From Trypethelium eluteriae (taxonomy: Eukaryota), in assembly GCA_051942245.1 (NCBI GenBank), contig JAVECL010000002.1, positions 62,001 to 126,000 of the forward strand: DNA of 64,000 nucleotides, read 5' to 3'. Every line of letters begins with the position of its first letter. Positions within the stretch are counted from its first letter, which is position 1. The position numbers and the translations under genes were made by a program. Positions 52,899-64,000 of this stretch are shown piece after piece. The notes beneath the pieces were generated by a model that saw only the letters and a program-made list of their open reading frames with translations, was not told the DNA's origin and made no database searches.

Positions 52899-55800
52899 AT
52901 GCCGCTCGATCCACTTTCACCCATCGCGCCGGCGCGCGTACGGGTACTGCTATTACCTGTGGGGAGAATCAAGAGGTCGAGATTTCAGACCTTTGTTGCT
53001 CGAGTTGAGCCTCACTTTCTTGTGCGTCTGGGAGATATCAGTCCGGATATAAGATCGGACAGAAGTATGGTCTCCCTTTATTTCTCTCCAGATATTTGGT
53101 GCCTTTCCAGCAACTAATCATTGGTCAAGACATGTTCTCCCCTGCTGCGTTTCCCAATGGCATGGTCATCTACGGCTTTTCTACTCATCTACCAGCTCCG
53201 TCTCATCTTGTTCTCTCGCCATTCGAGCTCTTTCGAGAACCTCTCATGATACTGGGCCTTGCGGACGGGACCGAATACGCATCTATAGATCCAACAGAGT
53301 CTGGACATGAAGTAATGAAAGGAGATAGATACATGGGCCAGGACGGCTCCTTTTCAATGGATAATCTATTCCAAGAGATGGATCTTCTGCGCGAGCGATA
53401 TCCAAAAGTCCTTGCTCATAAGCTTCTAATATTTGATAAGACACCAGTCTCTTCAATTCCACCACTCATGCCTGATGATGTCATGTTCGTTCCCCCGATA
53501 GAACAGCTGAAGACGACTACAATGAAGACTATCGTGTGCGACATCACGGCCACGTTTCTTGCAGAACTTACGGCGTACGCACGATCGATACAAGCGCTTT
53601 CAACGATCGATTCCCCTTCCGTTGCCGAAGCGTCTCCACCGGCTTGGTCAAATCGATCAAACAATAATATTGGTCTCGACAACGCTAGAGCTGGTACCGT
53701 CTCACGAACTTCCTCTGGCACATTTGAGAAGAGGATGAGTCTGCCTGCACAGCTGCCGTCTTCGACATCAGACCGACCGGCTGATGGAAAAAGCTCACGA
53801 CCTGGTACGCCCCAGGATAGTGCCCACGGAAGGTTAGCCTCCGACCACGAGACAGGCACTGCTTACGGACGGCCGAATGGCGAGATCGGTCTTTCAGGTG
53901 CTGCAGCTCGGTCGAGCGCAGCAGTCGAAGCTCGGGACGCTAGTCGTGAGAGAATTGCTCTGCAAGGGTTTGGATCAGGAAGTATAAGTGAACGCAACCG
54001 AAATAGAGGAAAAGGAAGAATCGGTATTGTCATTGGGACATTCTATCTTCTCGCTGGTAGGTGGAACGATGCCCTCAGAGAACTCGTTGAAAGTACAAAC
54101 CGAGTCCGTGCTTTCAGCGACCACATTTGGTACGCAAAAGGCGTGGAGAACATACTAGTGTGCTTGCTCCTCTGCGCATGGAAGGGTATAGATTTTGAAG
54201 TAAGTTTGGTACACAGTGCAGCTGTTGTCTCCTGGATATCACCATCTCTGCGAGGAAACTCTAAGAGCTAAATGACATCTCTATCTAGATATCCTCCGTT
54301 GTATCACCATATGCAGAGAAAGTACCCCCCCCAAAGCCCACACCACATATTACCACAACAAGCACGCCTAAAGCTCCTACATCCCACGATCCATCGGTCG
54401 ATACTGCTCGCTCTGCTTTAGTAAAGTTATCAGAGTTACTTCCCGATTCATTGAACATGATCATGAGCATCTACGATCGCGCTACACCTGATGTCTCGGA
54501 AGCCTTGCCCGAGAATGCCTTCTCAGAAGTTAACATCAGAATATCAAAGTTATTTGCGACTCTGCATATCTTTGGTGGAGTTCTGACTCACGATGCAATA
54601 GATGCACTCATTTGCTGTAAACCACTTGAGAGCTTCGCCCCTAATCCAAGCTCCCGTCTCTTCATCCGTCCTCTACGACAGGATATCGCTGAGATGGTGT
54701 TTAAGGCTCTTCCTCCTCGACATACGGCGATGGCTACAGGCGATCGCATCACCGCGCTTGCTGGTATCGCCTCTGTCTTATCAATGTTAGGTCTGCAGAG
54801 AAAGAAGGCTCTCGTGATCAAGGAATTTCTCGCTATTTTTTCTCCTTTGCTTATTGACGCACGAAAAGCTGGCGCTGCGGAGCTCGGGATACATCCGGCT
54901 GCCGGTCTTTCGGCACTGAGCATGATCAATTCTGTCAGCCCGCAAGGTCAAAAGTCGGCTGCTCCATCAGAACATGGCTTTAAGGAATTGCTAGTCGCTG
55001 TTGGAGAAATATATGGCGTACGACTACGCCACCTATTCCAAGTCGCGGGAAACAGATGTGACGACCTTGCAGTCGATGACGTGCATGAAACCGATGGTGC
55101 CAGTAGACTCGGACAAGACATGAAGAGTAAATCATCAGCCGGACTTGCTGAGAAAGCCTATACTCGGTCATTTGGTAGCTTACAGTTGAAGTATGACATA
55201 CTTCGAACTGGACTTAATTTTTGCGAAGCGCTACCGGATTTTGACGGCGTCCTACAACTTAGCGCAACAATGCTCAGAGTTGCTGGTCCTGCTGGCGTTC
55301 CAAGCGCTAACTCATCGAACAATACGGTCTTGTTAGCAAAGGAGGAACAGGTGCGCCTGGTAACTAATATACCTAGGACGCTCGGCGCTGCTAAGACGTT
55401 GGGACTCTGCGGTCTGGAGGTAAATTACTGGGATGAATTTCTTGTCAGAGATATCCAGTTTATCGAGGCACCGATCCCCTTGCAAACCATAAGTCATCCG
55501 AAATCCGACCTTGACATTGGGGTGAAGAAGCAGGCGACCAAACCAGTCGGACCTTTTATCTATGACCCGTCCTCGAAATCCACCCTAGCCAATGTCGCCG
55601 AAACGGTCCTAGTTGCTCGTGACCAGTCTCGCTTTGCGGTGATTCTACGAAACCCATTCGAGTTCGAGGTGGATATCGAATCGTTGAAGTTGGCTGGCGA
55701 TGGGGTTGAACTAACTTCATTCGGGGAGCAGCTCACTCTAGGACCTTTCCGTACACAGTCGGCAATCCTGACTATCGTTGCTCTGCAGCCTGGCGCACTG

Positions 55801-57651
55801 AAAATCACTGGCTGTACTATTAAGGTCCGAGGATGTTGCGAGAAAACTTTTGCCATCTTCAACAGACCTTGGGTTCCAGATCCCGATGTTAAGGTTAAGA
55901 GCACGGGTCTTCTTGCAGCCATATCTAGTAGCGAGCACCCTGCATTGCAGGGATCGTCTCCAGAAGATAGAAAGTCATTGGACCTACCTGGTCCTGAGCC
56001 GTCAATTCTTTCATTGACTGTCATACCGGAGCAGCCACTTCTGAAGATCGCATCAGTCTCATTGGTCCAATCATCCATCATGGTATTGGAAGGTGAACGT
56101 CAAGTATTTACAGTGACTCTTGAGAATGTTGGGGCGCGGACCAGTGTTGATCTGCTCTTGGTTTCGTTCCAAGATTCGACCATTGCCCCTATACAATCTG
56201 CGATGAAGAATAAAGATCTACCTCGTCAGGAGCTTTACGAGCTCGAGTTACAACATTCACGCAATCAAGCTTTTCGGCTACAGCAACCCGAGCGACTGGA
56301 GAAGATCGCGATCGAGCCTGGCCAATCTGTCAGCTTCGAGTTTGAGGTTCTTGGCAAACCAGGACTCAGCGACGGCGTCATCCAGTTCGACTACGCTCAC
56401 CTTGGAATATCCCACTCGGAAGTCAAAGATGGCTTCTTTACCCGGAAGATCTCGTTACCCCTTTCAATCACCGTCAATGCCAGCGTGATGTTCCAACGTC
56501 TCGACCTTGTTCCTTTTTCCAGCGAATTTGCCTGGTCAAACCACCAGCGACTCGAAGCCAACGCTCTGGAGACATCTAGCATTCAAGAACGACATCCAAA
56601 AATCCACCCAAATCGTTTCTCCGCATTGCTTGATCGTGTGGGCCGAGATGGGACTGCCTCCGACCATTGTCTTGCTCTACTCGATCTTCGCAATGCCTGG
56701 CCTAGCCCCATCACTGTCTCTATTGACGTACTTGGACTTTCATCATTTCCATCTCATACTGCTTCCCCTGCCCTTTCACCCACCGAATGGACCCGCTCCT
56801 ATACCATCCACGAATATTTGTACCCCGGCCATACAACCCGCCTCTTAATGCTGCTGCCTCGCATCTACCTTCCCAACCCTTTCGCCTCAATCCCCATCCT
56901 CGATGAGAAGAATAAGCGCCAGTTTGTCCGAAGCCAGGGTCAACTTAATCCTGAGGCTGAGAGGGACACGCGAGAGAGATTTTGGTATAGAGAGGAGCTC
57001 CTCAAGTATATCCGCGCTCGATGGAAAGAGGAACCCGGCACCGGTGGTCGAGGTCGCGAGGGCGATTCTGATCTTCGCGGGGCGAGACTCTCAAGGGCGA
57101 TGCTAGAAGTGCTTAAATTAGGCGACGTGGACATTTCGATTTCTGTCGTACCCGAAGACGGTGCCACCGATGATGCGAATACGGGAGAGGTGACGAAGCG
57201 CCTTGGGCGCAGTAGCTTCGCTCTCCGCGTCCAGGAGTTCGTTGTCGTGAGAACTAGGCTGCGGAACTGCTCCAACGCCCCAATTCAGCCCATCCTACGG
57301 CTCTTGCCTACATTGGCTGGTCAGTCACCCGGCACGGCACTCGATCTTGATCGCAAGCTTGTATGGACAGGACCTCTCCAGCGAATCCTACCAACTCTGT
57401 CTGCTGGCACAGCAATAGAAGTCGAGTTGGGTTTATGTGCGCTGTGCGCTGGTGAGTACGAGATCACGGCTTCAGTGGAAGAAACGCAGGTTGGAAAGGA
57501 ACCATCACTAGCAGAAGGCGGGGCCCACCAGGGGCATGGCAGAAGACGATCAGAGATGGAGGTAATGGGTGAGGACTTAATGAAGCAGCGGGGGAGAAGG
57601 ACCTGGTTTGCAGCGGAACCATGTAGGATTTTTGCTAGGGAGGCCTTGTGA
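52899..57651 (+). CDS. TRS120: TRAPPII-specific subunit Trs120/TRAPPC9 (HypA); introns approx. 53066-53129 and 54200-54288
   Basis: DPLSPIAPARVRVLLLPVG, MFSPAAFPNG, LSPFELFREPL, GRIGIVIGTFYLLAGRW, DHIWYAK, NFCEALPDF, YWDEFLVR, GPFIYDP, LRNPF, DLRNAWP. Confidence 0.92.
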
Positions 57652-59325
57652 GATCTAACGGATGATACCCAAAATACGAATCGATTGGTGTTGTTGTTTT
57701 GTTGATCGTTCATTGGCTAGTCGCTGCTTACATTTATCGAAATATTACCACAAGTACTTCAAGACACTCTGGATTTTGTGTGACAGGGTAAAGTAGTGTG
57801 ACGCCATCTACGTAAGAAGGCTGCTCCCACTTTGGTAGCTTGCAGTGGTCTGGAAACGCTTGGTGAGCAAGTCGCTTCTCACCTCACGTGCAGAGAATAG
57901 CTCATACCTTCCATAGGATGGTTCATTGCGTCTTTGGTTGACGAATGATTGATTCCAGAATTGCGCACGCTAAAGGCCCTACCGATGTGTCAACCGGCAA
58001 ATACCTTAAGGTATTCAAGCTTGCCGGAAAATGACGCAATTAGGCAAGATCCAACGTTCGGATATTAGGGGGAGACGCCGGGAGAGTCCGAGTAAAACCT
58101 GGAAGCAGCGCGATGCTAGATCTCCAGGCCGAGACGTACTTTCACCAAGTCGAACCTGCGAATTGCTCAGCGCTGTTGTAGATCATTGGATGTGAGACAG
58201 GTACCTTGCGCATGCCAATGCAAGCCCGACGATCCTCCCCGAAAAACCACGCGTGAATTGGCATTCACGTTTCGCGTCATCCACAATGGACTTGTTCAGG
58301 AGAATGCAGTTTTGTCGATCTATGCAAGCTCGCTTGTAGCTGAAAACCTATGGAGTAAAAGATTGACACGGATTACTGAATAAGGAAGATCTCTCGTCTC
58401 GCTGCAAAGAGCTGACTTCAAGACGAGGGATGAAGTCAGCAGCTCTCATTAATGTCCAACAAGCCGACACAAAGTATCGTATGGTTGTAACAATGGAAAA
58501 CTTCTTCAAGCATCAAGATCCCGTTTCCTGAATCTCTCGGCCAGGTTGCCATAGTGTGAGAACCTCCTAAATACGATAACATGGAGTGTGCCGGAGGTGC
58601 GCGTAGGCTATGTACAAGACGTGACTAGAGATGGCAAAACTTTGGTTGCAACACTACTCTACCTATCCAACGCACGTGAAGTTCTCGAAACGAAGATCAA
58701 TAGAGACTGACAGAAGCCTCGAAGACGCTGCTCCATACTCTAGTACCACGAGATAGCCGGGCTCTGCAAACTACAGCGCGGCAATTGCTTTCCAGTCTCC
58801 TAGTGAGCCATTCGTCATCTTTTTTGCACTCCGCTCGCTTAAAGCTTACGGCTGACCGTCAGCCACCAACACCTTCGATAGACGTTCAACCTTTTGTGTC
58901 CCAAATGAGACATATTGAGAGTTGGCTAGACGCACGAATTGCCTCTCAACATCCTTGAATCTCCCAGCCCTCATGCAGCAGCCCTCCATACTAGCGGGGC
59001 TAGACTGTCTTATCCAATAGAAGACCTGGGCCGTCGCTTCTTACACTACCGTGCGTGACGCAATTCAAGACTTGACCTTACCTAATCTGGCGAACAAACA
59101 ACTGCGTACGGCTATACTGCACATAAGATATCATGGGTTCATTCGCCTTCCAACCCATTTTCGAGGGTTCGTGTTGAGCGAATGTTAAAACTAATCTAGT
59201 ATTTCTCCACACGACATCCAACTTTCAAGTCTTTCCAGCGTCCTCTAGATGCTGAACTCCATCCATTTTGTCATCTTTCCATACCGGATCGTCCTTCATA
59301 GAACTGCCACCTCTGCTTGAAGAAA

Positions 59326-60753
59326 ATGGCCAATCCGACATTCACGCAGCCTCGATTCAGCTCAACGGAGTTCCTGGTATGTTGCACGTACTCGAAATGC
59401 TCGGTGTCAATTGACAGTGTCTTGCCTAGGGACTCGCTTGGGGAGGAACAGCGATCTCGCTTGGATTTGTCATTTTTCGGGCCTTCGTTCGAGTGGTGAC
59501 TTTCAGAAGGCTCTTTGCAGATGACTTTTTAGTCTTTGCAGCGTGGCTCATGCTTCTGGCAAGCACGATCATCTGGCAAACCCAATATCCGGCAATGTAT
59601 ACACAGTACGAACTTTCGAAAGCTACTATCGAGCCCACTCCGCAAGTCTTGGCAGCCGAGAAAACCTTGCTACGAGCAGAGGTTGCCGTGTTCTGGCTTT
59701 TCTATAGCTGCTTATGGTCCGTTAAACTCTCCTTCCTGCTTTTCTTCCGAAGATTGGGGGAGAATGTCAGACGCATCGGAGTATGGTGGTGGTGTGTCCT
59801 AGGGTTTACTGTGGTCACTTGGATTACCTGTGTTGGCGACATCCCGTACTGGTGTTTACTTGGGTCGGTTGAATATACTTTTAGTAAGCAGCATCACCTT
59901 GATTAAAATATGTGAACTTACATGATGTAGCACAATGCCCGACTCTCCACCAGGTCTCCTATCAGTGGACAACGTTACACTACAATTGTGCGGTGGATAT
60001 ACTCTCAGATGCGTCAAGTAAGTATTTTGAATTTTGCAACACTCATAACTAATCGTGTGGCAGTAATATCGATTGCAGTCGTTTTACTTTGGAACGTCCG
60101 AATTTCTATGAGAAAGAAACTTGCTCTCTTAGGCATCTTCTCGCTCACAATTATCGACATCATAATATCGATCGTCCGCGTTACCGAAATCATTTCTAAG
60201 AGAACTCAGGTAGATCTAGCTGGACTTCAAATGTGGGGCGAGATCGAGATGACTGTTGGTATGTCTCCTTCATTCTATCGCTGATTTTCAATGTATTGAT
60301 ACAGTGCCCCTCAAAGCCGTGATAGTTGCATGCCTTGGTTCTTTCCGCCAGCTCTTCGTACGATCAAGCCAGTCTGGCTACCTGAAACAAAGTGAGAGAT
60401 CCTCGACTATGCACCGTTATAAGATTGCCCATATATTTGAGTGGCCACGGAGAAAAGCATCGTGGCTAAGTCAAAGCCTTTCTTTCTGGAGGGCCGGTTC
60501 TCGAAAAAGTGAAGAAAGCCTTCGTTCTTCCCGTCAGGCGACCGATCAGGAGGAACCAAGGAACACTATCCAGACTTATGACCAATTCGAAGCGAAGGTG
60601 ACGGCGCTAAGAGAACCAAAGCAAACTTCGGCAGCACATATCGATACGAGTGATACCTCAACAGTGCCTCGCTCGAATGACTCACTGAGACCTTGGCCGG
60701 AAGTCAAGGAAATTGATGATGAATTGCCTCTGCATCACATGGGGCAAGTATAG
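59326..60753 (+). CDS. PTH11-like (fungal rhodopsin-domain) integral membrane protein without CFEM, 5 exons
   Basis: RRLFADDFLVFAAW, LWSVKLSFLLFFRRL, LLWNVRISMRKKLALLGIFSL, WGEIEMTV|AVIVACL; GT-AG introns near 59378, 59884, 60018 and 60259. Confidence 0.85.
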
Positions 60754-62409
60754 ACAAACACTGTGTGCCTAATGTGTTGGTTTTGGTGTTATACCTGTCG
60801 CTGATAGACCGTAGGGTCCATTTGGCGGGCCGGAGCGGAGCCCGATATCTTTATTTTCAATCTAGATGCAAGATACAGCCTATATCCGGACACGTTGGGG
60901 AGCTTATTGAGTACTGGTTACAAGGTGTCCCACTTGCAGATGAACCGCATCCATTGATCCAAGCTTCGAATTGAGAAGTTTTGTGGGAAGATCTTATCAA
61001 AAGTGTCAGAGCGAGGAAGTCGATGGAATACCCAGAAACAATCGTTTCTTGCCTGCAATGTCTTTACACTTACTAGCTTCCATAAATCATCCAAGATCAA
61101 ATCTTTTGCTGAGCGCAACATACACGATGCTCGAACTACATACGAATCGCTGGCTATGACTGTTGTCTATACATTATCGTATTAATGAGGCGGATGCCGC
61201 TCAAGCTACTGATCAAGCTACTACTCAAGCCTCAAGCTGCCATTCACGCCATCTTCCCCAAGGAAGTGGAGACAACCAATCAAGCCACGGTTCTAAGACA
61301 AAGCTGGACTAACGCATATCGAAGTTATTTCAAGAGAAGTGCACCTAGGCTCCTGGAGGCTGAGGTTTTAGGTGCTTGGAATTTCATGACTGTCCTCGTG
61401 AAGGCCTTGGAAGATTGGTACGATATCAAAAGAACGCACAAGATTTCGCTGACCGCGAAAGAAGGCTGACTGTCGGTAAGATCATTGGTAACATCTCTTA
61501 CTAGTTTTACACAGCAAAAACCAAGTACGAATCACTCTGCCTTCATCATGGTATGATAATCTTGCTTGCAGCTTATCTGGAGACGCAATAACGGGCACAG
61601 AAGGAGTTTGACGAGGTTGTTAGATTCGAATGGAAAGCCTTGGAGCTACTAAGAGGGGTTTCTCCCATCTCAAACAATGTCGAGCGGCTCTACTGCGTGT
61701 CGTTCTCGTTCTTCGCGATCCCGTCTTCAGTGCGCACCTTAATTGAGCGCGCGCACAAGGACAAGTCTCTCCGCCTGACTCTGCCAACCGTAGCATCTGT
61801 ATGCTCAATCGCTCGGAAGAGCTAGACCTTCAAAGTGGGCAAGGGGGATGTCCTGATCGATAATTGCGTATCCACATGTAGTCATTGAGGTGACCTTGCA
61901 GTACAGGGCCATCCAAGGTACTGTATCGCCCCGTACAGGCACGGGTTCCTCATGTATGAACCTTAAGAATACGAGTGCGCGTTTGCTGCATGTATTGTCA
62001 AATATTATGCACTGCTTGAACTTGAGAATACCGAACGCAGAACTTGGTTATCGATACGTAAGCTTGATTAATAGCCTTCACAAGTACTTGGTGACTTTTC
62101 TGGATAGGTTGGAAACTTGAAGAAAACCACAACCACTGCCCTATATGTTATCATGGACCGCTCTGCAAACATGATACCCATGATCTGCCAAGTTTACCTG
62201 TGGTTGATTTTCATACTTCACAGTAATCTTATCCCAAATCTTGGGAAATGAAGAAAATGCATAACGTAGCTGTTTTCCGTTATGAATCATTAAACTACCT
62301 ACTGATACCAACTTTAAGCTTCCGGCATCACGTAGTTCCCTTTTTCCGTCTTTCTCATATACAATTGTGAGTGGCAAAGACTTTCCTCACGCTTTTAGGC
62401 CTTAAGATT

Positions 62410-64000
62410 CTACCCCGTACCCCACTCCCTCTCTGCTCCTTCCCCTGGCCTGCCGAAAGCGCCGCTAACAGAGCTCCGCCAGTTTCCTCCACCTTCTACC
62501 ACACTCCTCCTTCTCTCGGTAACGACTTCTTCTCGCTCCCCTATGACTCGCTCCCTCAGCTGTTTGATTACTCGCAGCCGTGCACGCCATGATGACACAT
62601 ACGTATCAGTATTATTTCCCGAGGGATCGCGGGTGGTCCAGACGCTCGAGAGTACACTCGCATTCAGGGCGAGGAGACGAATAAATGAAGGAAGGGCGGC
62701 ACCAGAGACAATCTTGGTTTCAGTCGCCGGAGAAGTAGCTGGGAAGCCAGATTTGGTAAGCACCTGCACCTTGTAGGAGAGGCTTACGCTGATGTCGGGG
62801 TCGAGGTGGTCGGCATTGGAAAAGTGTACTGAGTGGCGAAATGACGTATGCGCTTCTGGGGTAATGACAATGTACACTGTTGTGAGCTGGGAAGGAATAG
62901 TGGATTCGGGATGGAAGCGACGACCTGAAGCGTTCCAGATAATGTTAACGAAATCATTCCCGACATGCATTTTTTTCTGGTAGTGCCGTGGGTCATCCAG
63001 GGGATAGTTGGGCATGAGGGTAGTGACATGGTATATAATTTCGGTGACGCGATCGCGCCAGCAGTAAGTGTAAATACCATCTGTGTCAGTACTACGATCT
63101 AAGCCGTGCATATTCAGTGTGCTGCCGCGAAGACGAGTAAGGGTGCCTAGGCCATTGAGGAATGCGTTGTAGTCAGCTGCGCCGCCGGTGTTTGCAAGAA
63201 TATCTCTCTCTGCAGTTTGACCTACGTCCATATATATAACGCCAATCTTGTGGCTGTCGAGAGCAGGAATGCGATCGAATGTGCTGAGCGCACGGTTGAT
63301 GTATTCTTCGTCCTGCAGTAGAATCGGCTGCCCGGCGGTGGATCCATGGGATAGCATACTTATTGGTGCGTAGAACTCCTGCATGACATCTTCAGGATAG
63401 ATGCCGACAAAATCCGAAGTGTGGTAGATCTCCGCTCTTACGCCAAGTGCGAGTGGAACTTGATGCTGTGGAGGATCGATAAGGTGGGGCTTATACAACG
63501 AATATCTTGTGTACGAAGGACGACGGCGAGTGATCTGTGACAAGCCCGATCTACCGGCAGTATCGATCGTGAGCAGACTATTGCCAATGAGCCAGGTCCG
63601 CTTTGAGATTTGCCCGTCGCTTTCTTTAGCGAAGCCCAGGTCTGGAGCAGTTTCGTCACGGTCGGAATATGCTACTCGCTCAATCATATCCATTGTGACT
63701 TCCCCTTGTTCCTCCACTGTAGTTTTTCCCCATTGGTTAGTATACGACAGATTCGCCATGATATATGGTACATGCTTCGGTCGATCTTGGATTTTCATGG
63801 ACATGAACCAAAAGGTGATCACGTGAAATGCCAATGCATGGACGTATTGAGGAAGGTCATCGGACGAATTTTTGTGATGGTCGTCATGCTCAGAAATGGT
63901 AGCGAAGTCTCTGGAAGCTCCACTGTGACGGAGGGTAGACACTTGACTCACCCTGACGGGCGTCTGTGGTGTTGTAGTTCTTTCTCGCTGATCGCGTACT
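62410..64000 (-). CDS. TSC2: Tuberin (Tsc2) C-terminal part with Rap/Ran-GAP domain; 5' end lies outside the window
   Basis: HKIGVIY, FLNGLG, GLDRSTDTDG, IIYHVTTLMP, KKMHVGNDFVNIIWN, RLLALNAS, WRARLR. Confidence 0.92.
   Translation of the reverse strand, partial: VRDQRERTTTPQTPVRVSQVSTLRHSGASRDFATISEHDDHHKNSSDDLPQYVHALAFHVITFWFMSMKIQDRPKHVPYIMANLSYTNQWGKTTVEEQGEVTMDMIERVAYSDRDETAPDLGFAKESDGQISKRTWLIGNSLLTIDTAGRSGLSQITRRRPSYTRYSLYKPHLIDPPQHQVPLALGVRAEIYHTSDFVGIYPEDVMQEFYAPISMLSHGSTAGQPILLQDEEYINRALSTFDRIPALDSHKIGVIYMDVGQTAERDILANTGGAADYNAFLNGLGTLTRLRGSTLNMHGLDRSTDTDGIYTYCWRDRVTEIIYHVTTLMPNYPLDDPRHYQKKMHVGNDFVNIIWNASGRRFHPESTIPSQLTTVYIVITPEAHTSFRHSVHFSNADHLDPDISVSLSYKVQVLTKSGFPATSPATETKIVSGAALPSFIRLLALNASVLSSVWTTRDPSGNNTDTYVSSWRARLRVIKQLRERVIGEREEVVTERRRSVVEGGGNWRSSVSGAFGRPGEGAEREWGTG

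Noticed and set aside
5610..57651. Rab11/Ypt31 and Trs120, a subunit of its TRAPPII GEF, in the same window
   Set aside because: About 46 kb and many unrelated genes apart; compatible with chance unless conserved synteny is shown.

Overview
Eukaryotic DNA from a filamentous ascomycete (Pezizomycotina): GT-AG introns mostly 45-100 nt with CTRAY-type branch points, and no prokaryotic, CRISPR or intact transposon signal. About 20 spliced genes were reconstructed by hand. Housekeeping or conserved genes: adenylate kinase, ATP synthase beta, Rab11/Ypt31, a chromodomain-3xCCCH protein, Gis2/CNBP, an F-box protein, Sae2/CtIP, a Myb factor, tubulin cofactor B, CENP-C/Mif2, RNase H2A, a GHKL-ATPase/HExxH giant protein, Trs120, and the 3' end of Tsc2. 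Accessory genes: arylsulfotransferase-like, aryl-alcohol dehydrogenase, a GST/Zn2Cys6/SDR trio, a frameshifted F-box-like gene and a PTH11-like membrane protein. The most interesting signals are (i) three unusually long, hairpin-rich introns (CENP-C 611 nt, TBCB 294 nt, Gis2 278 nt) with recurrent or shared motifs, (ii) a sacsin-like GHKL ATPase fused to a Wss1-like HExxH motif, (iii) a candidate co-regulated GST-C6 factor-SDR detox mini-cluster whose regulator depends on a GC-AG intron, and (iv) GTAC-palindrome arrays and MCB boxes in bidirectional promoters. All splice models and homology calls come from reading the sequence; none was checked by search.
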